DNA of 64,000 nucleotides from Salpingoeca rosetta (Eukaryota > Protista > Choanoflagellata): assembly GCA_033442325.1 (NCBI GenBank), contig JAWQFM010000013.1:440077-504076 (forward strand), in the 5' to 3' direction. The notes under the pieces are model-generated. The model was not told the origin of the DNA. It was given only the letters and a program-made list of their open reading frames with translations, and searched no databases. A program made the position numbers and the translations under genes. Position 1 is the stretch's first letter. Each line of letters opens with the position of its first letter. This document shows positions 23,720 to 39,459 of this stretch, in pieces.

Positions 23720-25795
23720 ATGTTTGGACGTGGGTTCCTGGACGACGATGACACCCAGGCCACCTTTGGCCTTGGGTTCACCTCTCGCTTCGGTGGCCTC
23801 TCCGGCTACGACATGGAGGACGACGTTGTGGATGCAAACATGGTCAGCGCATATGTGTGCTTGTGTCAGCGAATGTGTTTGTGTTTGTGTTTGTGTGAAT
23901 GTGTTTGCGCTTGCATCGTGCACATATGTTTGTGCCTGCATCGTGCGCCTGTGAGTGTGATGGCCTTTGTATCGCGCACGTTTTTTTTTGTGGCGTGCGT
24001 CTGCGCTCGTGCAGCTGTGGTCATGTGCCTTCGCTTCTGTCCGTCTGCTTATCTGCCTCCCTTCATGGCATTACCCATTGATGTAACTTGACTCACCCTG
24101 CTTCGACTCACCCTGCTTTGACTTCTCCTTCCGCACGGTCCACCCCCGCTTTCCTCCATTGTGGGAATTGCAACAGAGCGCGTATTCTGCCTACGGTGAA
24201 TCGGACGTCATCATTGAGGAGCCCATCTTCTCCAAGAAACGCCTCGGCTTCAAGTCAGTGGCTATCCAAGCGCTGTCTACTGACCATGATGATCATGTCA
24301 ACAAAACAGCATGCGCGCTTGCTTCCGTACATCTGTCGCCCCTGCCTGTTTGTGTTTCTTACAATTACACTCTTCTTCCCCTTGATACACCTCAGGTTGC
24401 CGCCTTCAACAAGCATCCAGCAGGTGCATTTCCGTGTCCCCCGTTTGGCATGTTTGCATGTGGTTTTGCGTGTGTTTGCCTGAGTACTTGTGTCTTGGTG
24501 TGGGTGCACAGTTAGGAGCACACTTCGTCCGTCGCAGCAGCTCAAGCCAAATGGCGTACTGCTTGTTCATCAGGTCATCTGTGCTGGCGGCTCTGCATTT
24601 GTCGTCCTTTCCAACTCCACCATCGTCCGTCGAGCACTCAGCGGTGCAGAAGCAGATGGTGCGTATCTGTCACACAAATCGATTGCACGTTGCACTGTGT
24701 TTGTCCGCGTGTCTGTGTGTGTCTGTGTGTGTCTGTGTGTGTCTGTGTCTGTGTGTGTGTGTGTGTGTGTGTCTCTCTGTGTCTGCACGTGACACTGAGG
24801 TTCAGCTTATATCTGCCCATACCGTAACCGCTGCCGGGTGTGAATGGTGTGTTTGTGCGAGTGCAGAGGAAATCCACCCCATTCCGCGCAAGCGGGAGGG
24901 CCAGTGTACGGTGGAGCGCGTCTTCATCGATCCAACAGCAACACACATGATCACCTGGTTGGTGTGTGCACGTTGGCGTGTGTGTGTGTGTGTGTGTCTG
25001 TGCCTGTGTCTGTGTGTGTGTCTGTGTCCGTGTGTGTGCGAGCAGTCGTGCCAATGTTTTTTGCTCACACCCCTTGTATGCAATGCACATGTGCGTGTGT
25101 GCATTTGGTTATGTTGTTTGCAGTACTGTGTGCTCCGATGGGCACGAGTGCTTCTACATTCACCTCGCCTCGCCAAAGCTGGCACCATACACGCTTCACG
25201 CTGTCAAGGTTCGGTGCACAGCTACTCACACTTGTGTCTCTGTTTCTCTGCCAAAACCTTCACCTTCGCCTTTACTTGTGCCCCTTCCCTGAATGTCATC
25301 ACCATCATCATCATCATCATCATCATCATGACTACAGCGCCGCAAGATCACGGCTGTTGCCTGGAATCCGCTCGCACAGCGCGGCGACCCTGCCACACAG
25401 GTGACACACGCGCAGACACATGCGCATGCACGTACGCATGCATACATGCATACATGTACATGTATACTTGTACACAGGCACACACGCACAGGCACATGCA
25501 TGCTCGTGTCTGTGTGTGTTCTTGACGGCTTGGCTGAACATGAACCAGAGATGGCGTTGTGCTCGTTGTGATGCACAGGCTCTCTTTGTTTCCTTCGACA
25601 CACACGCACACCCATGCACACACACACACACATTCATGCGCGCACGCCAGCCAATTCTGCTTGGGGATGCGCAAGGGAGCGTGTTTGAGATGACCGTCAA
25701 CCACAACGACCACCACGCGCAGCAGGTACGCTGCACAGCGCAGCAGCAGTCGACACTAACATGCTGTCATGCTCGTGTGTACAGGGATGGCAGCC

Positions 25796-25847
<52 letters not shown>

Positions 25848-28384
25848 CTTGTGTGCCGCTGCGTGACTGGGTGGCTACGTGGGTGTTCATCATTGTGGGT
25901 GCTGGTGCTCGTAATGCGCTCGTGTCCCTCACATGCATTTTGCCCATGCATTCACGTTCCCCTTGACATATTGGGTTGTACACACCACCTCGTGCATCCC
26001 ACAACCACACCCACGCCATACACTCTTCATCTCATCACCATACCACCGCCACCACCAACACCACCAACACCCCTTCATACTCCCTCTCCCTCCACTCTCC
26101 ACTCTCCACTCTGCCAGATCTTCAGTGTGTCGGATGCGCCAGGCGGGATCATCGGTATCCATCTCGATGTGCAGCGCAGCTCGAAGCTCGGCAGCCGCTT
26201 CTACATCATCCTCGCATGCGCACAGTACGCCATCCTCCCCCGCCTGTGTGTGTGTGTGTGTGTGCGCGTGTGCACGTGTGTGTGTGTGTGTGTGTGAATG
26301 TGTGTGAATGTGCAATGCGCGTCATGCCATGAGCCCGCCTCCTTCACAACTCACGTCAACACCATCACCATCGCCATCACCATCAGCCGGTTCCTGCAGT
26401 ACATGGGACCGCCGGGTCCAGAGGGGCAGCGCTTCGAGAACATCCTCAAACGCCACGAGCTCTCCAGTCAGTTCCTACGCCATCGCCACCACACACCCCA
26501 TTTGTTTGCTTCGTCAACCTTATCTGCACCTTTCTCTCTGGCGCTATGCGGCTTGCCTCTATTCACACGACGCCTGACATCACCACACCACGTCACCATC
26601 ACACCACACCACACCATCACATCACACCACACCATCACGCCATCACACCACGACATCACATCACGCCATCACATCACGCCACCACACCACACCACCACAT
26701 CACACCATCACGCCACCATCACATCACGCCATAGGCGGGGGCCAGGAGGCGCCGGTGCTGCCGCGGTCGCAGCTGTCCATCTACCAGCGGTTTCCGTCCA
26801 CCGCAGAGGCCATGGCTTGGATGACCCCGCTTGGTCCGTGCACACGCGCACGCATACACACGCGAGTGAAGAGGCGGTGCTACGCTGTGTTGTGGTTTCA
26901 TCCGCTTTCTACCTGTCATCATCATCAGCATCGTCGTCGTCGGCTTAGCCCTGTACCTCCACACCTCTCACACCTCCCCTCCACACCTCTCACCTCTCAC
27001 ACCTCTCACATCTCACACCTCCATCACCCATCACCACCACCCTTGCCATTGATTGTCATTGTCATTGTCACGACAGGGGCATACAGCGGACACTTTGACT
27101 TTGCAAATGCGCTGCGAGACGAGAGCACAGCCATCCCCTCCTTCAACGTCATCCCGTACAACCCGGCCACAGACCGCGTCGGAGGTGCGCCTGCTGTTGG
27201 AGGGAGAGGGGTGTGCTGTTGGGAGGCGGGTGGGAAGTGGCAGAGATGCATGGCGCATGTTGAAATGCACACGCTCTCACGCGTAGCTCATGTCTGTGTG
27301 TGTCTATGTTGATCTTGACGCCATTGTGTGCGTGCGCTTGCTCATGCCCTGACCATTACGACTACCACTACCGCACCCCCCCCACCCCGTTCTTTCACAT
27401 GGACGAAAGACGAGGCCGACGTGCCGGAATCGCTCGTGTTGACGGAGTTCCATCTCCTCCTTCTCTATCCCCACCAGATCCGCGCCATCTGCACCGTCAA
27501 CAACAAGCAGGTCTGCCCCTCACGGCTGCTGCTCTGTGTCTGTGTCTGTCTGTCTGTTTGTCTGTTGTGTGTCTGTCTGTGTGCCTGTGTGTCGTGTGTT
27601 TTTCTTGTCCAGGTACACTTCTCCTCTCTGATCTGTACGCATGTATCTGATCTGCACCTGGGTGCTTCCACTCCGCAACAGCCCACCTCACCTCACCTCA
27701 CCTCACCCCCCTTCCTCCATCTTGGGTGTGCAGGTGATGGACGAGCGGATGCCAACCGCTGCCGGCCGCTTCCAGGGCATTGTCCGCGACCCGACATCCG
27801 AGGACGTGCTGTGCTACTCCGAGAAGGTTGTCCGTCATCACCATCAGCGCCATCACCCTCACCGTCGTCACAAGTGACACCACCACCGTAGCCATCACAC
27901 CTCACACTACACGACCCTCCCTCATCCTCATCCTCACACTGTCTGCTCTCCACCTTGCCCTTCTTCTCTGGTCCCGAAATCACCACCGCCGCCGCCAGAC
28001 CATCTACCGCATCGACACGGCGAACGAGACGCGGGACCTGTGGCGACTCATGATGGACAAGGGCAACTTCGATGCCGCCCTGGACTACTGCACCTCAGAC
28101 GATGAACGCAACGAGGTTGCTATCATTGGCCCACACGCATGCTCGCTCGTGTGCCTGTCTGTGTGTGTGTGTCTGTGTCTGTGTCTGTGTGCCTGTCTGT
28201 GTGTACGTGTGTGTGTCTGTATGTATCTGTGTGTGCCTGTGCGTCTGTGTGTGTGTGTGTGTCTGTCTTCCTCGGCACAAGTGACGCCTTCACGACGTGC
28301 GCCCCCACCGCTCTTCACCTCGTCTCACCTTCACCGCCGCTGCTATGTACAACCCCTTGCCCCTTCCACACACACACACACACA

Positions 28385-28477
<93 letters not shown>

Positions 28478-29522
28478 TCTCTCTCTCTCTCTCAACCAGG
28501 TGCATGCCGCGCAAGCGGCGTATCTGTTTGACAACCAAGAGTTTGGCCGCGCGGCCCGTGCGTATTCGAAGACAGACGTCGCCTTTGAGACAATCGCCCT
28601 CAAGTTCCTTGGTGCGCACACACCGGAGCAGACGGTGGTGGTGATGGTGGTGGCGGTGATCGTGACCCTGGTTGCTGTGGAGTGGTGCTTGTCGCAGGCA
28701 CTCGTTGACAGCAGCTGTGCTGACAGTACATCACCCACAACACAATCTACCACAATTCACCCCCATTACACCACGACACGACACGACACGACATGTGAGC
28801 AGATAAGCAAGAGGAGGGCCCTCTGCGCACGTTTCTGGAGGAGAAGCTTCATCGCCTTTCGCGTGGAGACATTACGCAACGCGCCCTCCTCACCACATGG
28901 CTCGTCGAACTCTTTCTCAACGCTCTCGACAAGGCAGAGGTAACACTTTGGCTGTTTTGCAGTCGTAGTAGTCGTGGTGGGTCTGTGTGTGTGTGTGTGT
29001 GATGCGTGCGTGTGTGTGCGTGATGTATGTGATGCGTGTGTGATGCGTGTGTGAGTGTGTGTTCGTGTGCTCATCATGGAACTGTTGTTGCTCACCTCCT
29101 GCCTCCTCGTCCGCTGCCACCGCCTCCATCACGGCCATGATGAAGACTGCGGAGAATTCTGCAACATATGAGCGTACCATGGAGGAGTTCAAGTCGTTTC
29201 TGGAAGCCGATGCCAGCCGACGTGTGCTGCACCGCGAAACGGTCGGTTGCTCGACCCGACATACGTGCATGCACCTGAACACGAACACGCACTCACTCAC
29301 TTACTCACTGACTCAACTCACTCGCTCACTCGCTCCCGAACGAACGGATGAACGAACACCTACAGGTGTTTGATCTGATTTCGTCGCACGGGAACGTGGA
29401 TGTGTTGCTGTTCTTTGCGCAGCTGCACAGCCAGCACGACGTTGTTGTTCAGCACTACATCCAAATGGGCCAGGCCGACAAGGCACTCGATGTCCTCAAA
29501 CAAGTGGTGAGGCGCCCGGGGA

Positions 29523-29554
<32 letters not shown>

Positions 29555-29609
29555 GCATCTGTGTGTGTGTGCGTGCTGTTGTGTGTGTGTGTGTGTGTGC
29601 GTGTGTGTG

Positions 29610-29646
<37 letters not shown>

Positions 29647-30022
29647 CTGTCTGTCTGTGGAGGGGGTGGAATGGGGCTGAGCTGTCTCCCTTGACCTGCT
29701 CACACTGCTATGTGCGACCGCCATCATTGCCACCACCACCACCGTCAGGGCAATGAGAAACCGCAGCTGATCTATCAGTTTGCCGCGGAATTGATTCAGG
29801 CGAAACCACACGAGCTCATCAGCCTTTGCAGGTCCCACCACCATGCAACACGCTGCTTGCTTTCGTTGCGTGCGTGTGTGTGTGTGTGCGCGCGCGTGTG
29901 TGTGTGTGTGTGTATCTGTGTGTCTGTGTATCTGTGTGTTTGTGTATCTGTGTGTTTGTGTATCTGTGTCTGTGCCTGTCTGTCTGTGTCTGTGTCTGTG
30001 CACGGTCGCCAAGATCGCTGCA

Positions 30023-30080
<58 letters not shown>

Positions 30081-30141
30081 CACCCTGTGCGCTTGTACTC
30101 GTCCGTGCTTCTCTCTCATCTCTCTTTCCCTCACTCCTTGC

Positions 30142-30180
<39 letters not shown>

Positions 30181-32036
30181 AGCAGAAGGAGGCGTGCATT
30201 GCAATCTACAGCCACATGCATCTGTACGAGGAGGCGGTGGAGATGGCTCTGACTGTGGACCTTGACATGGCCGTTGAACAAGTCAGGCGCGCAAAGGACG
30301 ACATCGACTTTATTGACGTCAGCTAATACGCGCACGCGCACGCACGCGGTTTCACATACATGTTTGACAACACGTTGGGTGTGAGCTTCTGAGGTTATCG
30401 TCGTGTTGTCGTCTGTGCAATGGAGTCAATGCACTCTGTTTTGTTCACGCCTCCCAACCACGCACACAAACATACATACACACACGCGCACACAAACACA
30501 CATGCGTACACGCACACACACACACGTGCCTCACACTTTGGCTGTGCTTCGCGTGAGCAGCAAGCGCGGGAGAAGCAGTTGTGGCTGCGCATTGCAAATC
30601 ACGTCATCAAAGTCAAGAATGACATCCCAATGGCCATGGATCTTCTCAAGGTTTGGGCAAATGCAAATTGTGGTGTTGCTTTGCTATTCCTTTGCTGGTT
30701 CGCTGCTGGTTCGCTGCTGTTCCTTTGTGTTTGTTGGTACGTTGGTTCGTTGGTTCCTTGGTTCCTTCATTCTGTCGCCCTGCCTTGTGTGCGTCTGTGT
30801 CATCTCGGCGTTGTTTGGTCCTGACATGTGTACACCACCACCAAACCCACTTCTCGGTTGCTCCAACAGCAAAGCGTGTTGAAGATTGAAGACATTCTTC
30901 CACTCTTTGACGACTTTAAGATCATCGACCCGTTCCAGGTAATTAATGCCTCCCGTTAACGCTTGTCGCCATCGTTGCACCCGCATACACACGCACACGC
31001 ACACGCACACATACACACGCACAACTGTTCTTATTCCACGTCGTGCGCATGCATACGCGTTCTCACACCCACACACAACCGTCCCATCGGACTCTCACAC
31101 AATCACCCTCATTCAACCTCCCCCATCACACCCTCATTCAACCACCAACACCATGACACCGTGACACGTCGTGGTGCGCGACCGCCTGCCAGCGCAACAT
31201 CCAACGGAGCCTTGAGAGCTACAACAAAGAGATACAGCAGCTGCGTGAGAGTATGGAGCAGAGCACCACCAGTGCACGGGCGATCCGGGCCGACATCCTC
31301 CAGCTCAACAAGAGGTGCGTTGGGTGCTTGCAACATGCTGTGGCTGTGTGTGTATGTGTGTGTGTGAGTGTGCCTGTGTCTGTGTCTGTGTGTGTGTGGG
31401 TGGGTGTCTGTGTCTGTGTGTGTATGTGTGTATGTCTATGTGTGTGTATGTCTGTCTGTCTGTGTGTGTGCGTGTGTGTGCGTGTGTCTTGGCTCTGTGG
31501 TGCTCTGCGTCTTCTCCCTCTCGTCCCTGATTGTCTGCCATTGGATATGAGTTCGTGCTCCTGCTTGTGGCCTGCACTGGCTCACCCACGCTCTCATGTC
31601 ATTCGTATCCCATCCCTCACACTCCATTTCACCAACGACAACAACAACAATTGCTGTGCAGGGTGGAGCGGGTGCACGGCGACATGATGTGCGACGTGTG
31701 CGAATACCCGCTGCTCACGCGCGCATTCTACCTCTTCCCCTGCCACCACGCCTTCCACAAGGATTGCCTCATGCGTGAGGTGGTCAAGTACCTGCCGCCA
31801 TCGCAGTGTCGCCGCGTCAACACCATCAGGCAGGACCTGCGCGACCTCCCGCCAACCGCCGCCGGCGCCCGGCGCGCCCTCGCCCTCAATGTGCGCGCAG
31901 TGGCCGTGCTTGCGTGTGTGTGCGTGTGTGCGTGTGTGCGCGTGTGTGTGTGTCTGTGTGTGCGTGTGCCTGTGTGTGTGTCTGTGTGTGTGTCTGTGTG
32001 TGCGTGTGCCTGTGTGGGTTTCTGTGTGTGCGTGTG

Positions 32037-32070
<34 letters not shown>

Positions 32071-32476
32071 TGTGTGTGTGTCGCTCCACTGCTTAGGTCG
32101 CCACCTCACGCGCCCGTTCTGTTCCCATCGCCGCTCCAGGCAAAGTTGGATGAGATTGCGGGGCAGGACTGCATCGTGTGCGGCGAAATTGCCATTGAGA
32201 TGATCGAGAAGCCATTCATCCCCAAGGTACGTCGGCACTGGTGGTTGTGGCTCACTCACTCACCCAACACACACACACACACACCCAACACACATACGCA
32301 CTCTCACACGTCACATCACATCACATCACATCATGCCTCACACTTTTGGCCTGCAGGACCAGCTTGAGGCGTACATTGAGTCGTGGTCCACCGGGGGTGT
32401 GGATCTTGGGCCCTCTGCCGACGATGAGGAGTTTGGAATCGACAGAGAGGCGCCAATCATGGACTCATTCACGTGA
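23720..32476 (+). CDS. VPS18: Vacuolar protein sorting 18 (Pep3/deep orange), many exons
   Basis: [10 protein letters not shown]; [14 protein letters not shown]; ITAVAWN; [12 protein letters not shown]; [10 protein letters not shown]; [11 protein letters not shown]; FETIALKF; LTTWLVELF; KQLWLRIA; [13 protein letters not shown]; C-terminal [31 protein letters not shown]...[18 protein letters not shown]. Confidence 0.93.
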
Positions 32477-32750
32477 ACGCGAGAGGCAGCTGGAGTTGCG
32501 TAGGGACGATTGCGGCGGGCTTGAGCCCATTGCATCGTGCTGTTGTGATTTGAGTGCTTGTTTTGTGGTTCGTCTGATCGTGGCAAGCAAGTCGTGGCGA
32601 CGTCTGGTTACACGCTCTTTGCATGGTTGGTCCTTGTTTTGGTTTGGTTTCGGTTTGTTGCGTTGCGTTTTGCTGCATTGTTGGTTTGATATTCGTTACT
32701 TGCTGTGTGCACAGCAGGGAGAGAGTTGCTTCGTGTCTCTTGCATAGTAC

Positions 32751-32786
<36 letters not shown>

Positions 32787-32907
32787 CAAAGCAAGCGCAT
32801 TCTCCCCATACACTCGTGCATGCTGGTGCACGTCTAGCTTTTCCCCACCTCCTATTTTCCATTCTCCTCCTTCCCCTTTGCTTCCCCCTTGTCTTCCCCT
32901 TTTCCCT

Positions 32908-34909
32908 TCACTTTCCCTTCTTCTTCTTCTCCTCCTCCTCCTTGCCGTCACCACCATTGCCCTTGCGCGTGTACTTGGCCCCGGCTTCGTTTCGGCTGTC
33001 GTACATCTTTGCAATGCGTGACCCAAACTGAATTGCGCGTTTTGGGAGGGAGGCTGCCCCTGAAATGCCAATCTCCGCGGCAGCAAGACGCAACAGCTGG
33101 TGGTGGTGGTGGTCGTCGTGGATGTGATTGGGTTGCACGTGAGGTTGAGAAGCACGAGCCATTGCTGTACGCTGGAAGGTGAAGAAACAGACGAACCAAA
33201 CAGACGAACCAACAAGCGATTGAATGTTCTGTCTCGGCATACCCGCTTCTCGCCGTCACCGCGTCCGCGTGTGAAATCCATCTGCACAAGCACACACACA
33301 CACACACAACCATGAGAATGGAAGCACACGTATTAGGTCACAGAGACAGAGACAGAGGCACACGTACAAACACGCGCACACACACGCACGAATGAGCTCA
33401 GAGGACGACGCGCGGCTGTTTGAAACAGCGATCAGTTGTATCACGCTGTGTGGTCAATCAAACCTTGCATGCCAGCGGCAGTGAATTGAGGAACGACACG
33501 ACGCTTTCATCCAGAAACGGATATCGCCCTTCTTTTCCGTGATCGCACACAACCCTAATGCATCACATCACATGGCGTGTATGTGTGTGTAAGGATGTGT
33601 GTGTGTAAGTATGCGTGCGATGTATTTGAGGTTTCACATCAGTGCCACTTGCGCAAACACACGCACACGCATACATGCGGAATCGAACCAACCTGTCATC
33701 GCGCCCCAGGTTTCGAGAAGAAATTCGTCGCACGTCCTGAAACACCTGATTTCGAACACATGCAAGGGCCGCATGTCATTACATGCACGCACGCACATTC
33801 ACATACACACATACACACATATATACACGCACGTACATTCACATACACACATACACACATACACACATACACATATACACACGCATACGCACACACACAC
33901 ACACGCACCTCCTGTAGTGCACCTGTCCATCCACGTTTGTCGAAAGCGGAACGGTGGCGCCCGTATCCGCCCAGCTGTTCGTCTGCCCCCATCCCAAGCA
34001 GCAGCACCTGCACAGAAGGACAGGAGGCATTGGAACGGCGAAAGAGTGAATTGACATGCGCATATTGCTGTTGTTTCGGGGGAGGAGGCTATTGGACAGA
34101 GTACACGTTGGTACGGCAATGCAAGCCAGCAGGATTGCAAAATTGCACCATTCCCCTCTGTATCTCCATCGTTTGTCCTCACCCGCGCAGTCGACGTAAA
34201 TGGCTCGTCGCGCGGTGTCTCGCCTTCACCACCATCGCCACCATCGCCATTCCCATCGTCATCACTCGCATCACCAACACTACTGTCATTGCCGGGGAGC
34301 GTGCGCGGTGATGAATGGAGGATCCCTCGCCCTCGCGCCGCAAACCAAATGGCGCAGCCAATGCTGTCGTCCAGCACAGTCTCCAGCGGTGACACGAGCG
34401 AGTGGATATGGGGCCTATCAACCGTTTGGAAAAGGAATTGACACGGTGAGCACCACAACACGGTACGCACAGTGCTGCACTCACAGGTACACACACACGC
34501 ACAGGCACATATACACACACGCACACACACGCACACACACGCACACACACGCACACACCTGTGCTGCTCGAGTTCCGATTGCGTTACGTTGACTTTGATG
34601 AAACGGATGGTGCGGGGCTGTGGGCATTTCGCGTTTGAAATGCGAACAAGCTCCTCATAACTGCTGATGCCCGTGACCCGATCAGGAACACTTGAAATCA
34701 ATGACACAGCAGCATGCGGACAAGTAGGCAAACAGCACGGTTGGTTGGTTCAACAAGCAAGTTGAGATGCGGAAGCACGTGAGATATGCAGTCGTCTGGC
34801 TCAACCATCCACGCAGCTGCGATGCTAGCGACCCGATGGTATTCTCATGACACGCACACGCACATACGAAACGCAACGCAACAACAAACCGTGCGACACG
34901 AATGTAGCA

Positions 34910-34969
<60 letters not shown>

Positions 34970-37245
34970 CACACACACACACACAACACACACACAACAC
35001 ACACACACACCTGAAGATGTCGTGGGCATGGGCCGTCTTCCTGCGCGTGTTCTCAAATGCGACGTTGATCAGGTCAATCGCTGTTTCCCGTGGCAGCAGC
35101 TGTCACGTGTACATTGCGTTGCAGTGCAGGCATGAGCGATGCGACAAGTGTATGTGTGTGTCTGTGCCTGTGTCTGTGTCTGTGTCTGTGTCTGTGTCTG
35201 TGTCTGCTTTTATGTGTGTGTGTGTGTGTGTGTGCGCGCGCGCGTCTGTGTGTCTGCCATTCCGTGTGCGCATGTGTGTGCCCGTACCTCGTCGAGCAGA
35301 GTCGCAATCATCATGCAATCGATTCCACCCTGCACATCAACAAACACGTTCAATGCGATCACACACCATGAACACATACGAAAGGGACTATGGGCTGCAG
35401 AATACACAGCAGTCATGATGACAGCAAGACCAAACAATACCACCAACACAACGCCACACCGTCCACATACGGAGAAGAGAATGCCGATGCTCTGCTGTGG
35501 GTGGTCGGCGCTGTGAAATGCGCGCGATCGCAAGTCCACGGCATGACGCAATCTGTCTAGAAACGCCCCCACGTGCTGCTCTCCACCACACGCACAGATG
35601 TGCGACGCGAGGGACGACGGCCGTGACGGTGTGGATGCTGGAGATGTTGCGGAAGGTTGGTCCGATTGCGGGGCCGGCTGCTGCGGGTGTGGTGGCAGCG
35701 TCACATTTGGTGCCTGCACGCACGGCGTCAGCTGCATGCTCCGCGACGTCTCGTCAAGGTGAATGCTTGGAGGAGGCGAAATTGATGAAGAGGAAGGCAA
35801 CGAGGAAGAAGCACCCGAGGCAGCAAGATGCATATGGATACCAGCGCCTCCTGGGACGCGATTGTGCAAGAGAGTCAACGATGGCGGGTGGAAGCAGAGG
35901 CGAGGATAAGGTGGTGTGTCTGCTGCTGTATGTGATGATGATGAGGAGGATGGCGACGACGTGCGTGGTGGTGATGATGTTAGCGGTGGTGAAGCTGTTG
36001 TGGATACAAGCGTCATTCCAGCATCACTCCAGGGAAACCAGTCGACAGTGGGAAGGCGAGTGCGGCCACCTTCACCGTCAGTGTCGCCGCCACCACGGTT
36101 GTCGCCATCGTCGTCGCCATCGTCATCATCAGCATCATCAGCATCATCATCATCACCATCGCCAGCCTCAGCATTGTCATCGTGACCACGAGCAACGTGA
36201 GCTGGCTCATTAGCCGTGGACGCTTCTGTCAGCGCTGCGAGGCGAATACGGAAGACGCCAGTTGCCGGTATCTCAAACCACGTTGGTGCATGATCACGCA
36301 ACCGTGGAGTACACGTGCTGGTTATGAACAGCTTGCCCTCTGCGCCACTGCCGCACACCAGTGATCGGCGCCCAAAGTAGTCCCGTCCAAACCACAGCTC
36401 CCTCTTCACCGTGTCCAAGAGCACGATCGCCCAGGGCCCGCGCAATCGCTCCAGTGTTCGCAGAACACCGCTCACGTGGGCGGCATTCGAGTCGTTGGTC
36501 TCACCGCCTTCGCCTGCTGCTGGTACCGCTTGCTCCAGTGCCCGATACAGCGCCTGCGTGTCGTTATCATCGGCACCGAGCCCTGGGAGGCCCTCATAGA
36601 TTTCGCCATTGAACAGCAGAACAAATCGTGATGAAGGGGACGCCGTTGCCCGCTGCTGTGCACTCGGGCGGTGCGCAGCTGATGTGGCTGTGTGTGCTTC
36701 GCCAGTGTAAGGCTGTGACGTGAGTTTTCCGCGCATGTTCAGGACTGCTGCAGCCATTGTAACTCGCACGCTTTGCGGTACATCATCATTCCCAAGGGAC
36801 ATGGATTGTGTGGCGTGTGCATCTGGACCTGCACCATCAGACATCATGCATAGAATGAGACGAGAGTTGTGTCAGCGTCTGTGTGTGTCTGTGTGTATGT
36901 CTGTGTGTGTCTGTGTGTCTGTGTGTACACTGCATTTGCCGTCACTGTGTGTGTGTGTGTGTGAACACTGCATTTGCCGTCACTGTGCGTATGTTGTCTG
37001 TCTATCTGTTTGCCTTCGCGAGGAAAGAGGCAGGTCGCGTTGCTGGGCGCGTTGCACAATGTCTCACCTCGATTCTGCAGTGCTTCAACAAGGAGTTCAC
37101 GAACCCATCTGTCTTGCCCGATTCCCTCGGCTGTTCCCTGTGACTGACAGTGTCCTCGCTGCGCGCTGCTCGATGCGTCTTCTTCATCCACAAGTGCACC
37201 ACCACCACTGCACCACCACCGCAAACACACCCCAACACCACACAT
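32908..37245 (-). CDS. ASNSD1: Asparagine synthetase domain-containing protein 1 (ASNSD1/YML096W-like), multi-exon
   Basis: MCGV N-terminal nucleophile start, LQNRG|[43 protein letters not shown]|[77 protein letters not shown]. Confidence 0.93.
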
Positions 37246-37485
37246 GGCGCAACAGTCACCCGCTACGGAAAAGTGCTTGAAGATATGGAGAAAGTACGAA
37301 AATGTGTGACACAAGCAGATGGCAACAAGCGAGCAAGTCAGGCAAGTCAAGCAGAGCAAGTCAAGGTCGTCTCACATCAGTCCAGAAGCCACTTCACTTC
37401 TCACCCCCCCCCTCCTCTCTCCGCTCTTCATCATGTATGCGCAGCCAGCCGTCCGTCCGCCCAGGCAAACACACCACTGGCATCT

Positions 37486-37783
37486 TCATTGGCGCTTCTT
37501 CTGTTTCCGTGCCTTTGCCGCCTGTTTCTGCTGCTCATGCACCTGGTGCTGTTGCTGTTCGAGCGTGTGTTGCTCCTTCTTCAGGGCCTTCAGCTGCTGC
37601 ACTTCCTGGTCGTGCTGGTCCTTCTCCAGCTTCTCCAGCTTCTCAATGTACCTGTGCGAGAACACGCTAATGTAGTACCCAGCACCGTTCCACGCACACT
37701 GCAATTTCGTTTGTTTGTTTGTTTGTGTGAGCGTGTGTGTGTGTGTGTGTGTTTGTTTGTTTGTTTGTGTGAGCGTGTGTGAG

Positions 37784-37831
<48 letters not shown>

Positions 37832-39005
37832 CGTTTGCAGGGCCGTAGCCACGAGCACTGTGAACGAACAACAGAGAATAAACAAAGGCACTATTCTCTA
37901 TGTGTTGCACTTACGATTGACCAGGCAAGGATGAGAAAGAAGGAATGGGCCGAATACGACCGGAAAAACAGCTGCAATGCACGCACACGTGTGCACACAG
38001 ATGTAAGTTGGCAATCCTAAGGATGCACAGCATGCCAGTACATGCACGGAGGCAGAGCACACACGCACATACGCACACACGCACACACACACACACACGC
38101 ACACACGCACACACACACGCACACACACACGCACACACACACGCACACACACACGCACACGTTGAACGCACCGCTGTTGGAAGCATGCTGATGAGGGTGT
38201 ATGCGAGCTGGCTCGTGATGAAGATCCACTTTGTCTTCCACGACGTGTGGTCAAACTGCTCCTGCCTGCAGGGCGCACAAGCAACAACATACACAGAGAC
38301 AGGAACGAAGCGTAAAAGTGTTGAGAACGGAAAGGGCGTGTGCTCATGGGGGGGGTTGGATGACGAAGATGGAACAAGAGTGAACGGTACGGCGCTCACA
38401 CTTGCCCTGCAGGCTGGTACATGTATACTCACTCACACACACACACACACACTCACTCACACACACACACACACTCACACTCACACACACACACATTCAC
38501 TCACGCACACTCACACACTCACTCACTCACTCACACACTCACACCCACACTCACTCACTCACTCACACACACACTCACTGCTCCATGACGCCGACGCGGA
38601 CAAAGAGCTGGCGGGCGGCGGCAACCATGCCGGTCTGGGATCGCGCCATCCACCGCAGTGACGTCTGCAGCGTCTCGTCCGACTCAAGCTTCTCACGGTG
38701 AAGCACCTCTGTCATAAGGAGATAGAACGCCTGCCACGACAGGTAGAAGGCGAGTGGGTATGCCCACCACTGTGCGAAGGAGAAGTCACATGGCTCGTCT
38801 TGGTCGCCGCAGAGCGCGCGGCGGTGGTCGTCGTTGTCGGGCAGCCACCGCCAGCAGAAGGTGAGCAGCGTTGGCAGTGCGTGGATATAGACCGTGGTCA
38901 GCTTCTCCAACGAGTGGAATACGAGCGAGTTGCGCCACGCAACAATCGCCCATCCAACAGGCTATTTGGAGAGGCCAGGGAAGAGAGGTGAGCGAGTGTG
39001 TGAGC

Positions 39006-39052
<47 letters not shown>

Positions 39053-39365
39053 CGTGCGTGTGTGTGTGTGTGTGTGAGCGAGTGTGTGTGTGTGTGTGTA
39101 TGCGTGTGTGAGCGAGTGTGTGTGTGTGTGTATGCGTGTGTGTGTATGCGTGTGTGTATGAGCGAGAGAGTGTGTGTGTGTGTATGAGCGAGAGTGTGTG
39201 TGTATGTGTGTGTGTGTGTGTATGTGTGTGTGTGTGAGCGAGTGTGTGTGATGGCAGAAAGTGTGGCTATCACCCCCCCCCCCCAACAGCAGACAGAAAT
39301 GGAAAGAACGAAGAGGCAGGAAGGAGGAGACAAGGAGACCTGCGCATACACTTCAACACATGCAC

Positions 39366-39459
<94 letters not shown>

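Noticed and set aside
37486-37704. Coiled-coil ORF just upstream of ASNSD1, suggestive of the ASDURF prefoldin-like uORF
   Set aside because: It begins with [11 protein letters not shown], the conserved C-terminal motif of Gpc1/DUF2838, so it is the last exon of the upstream gene.
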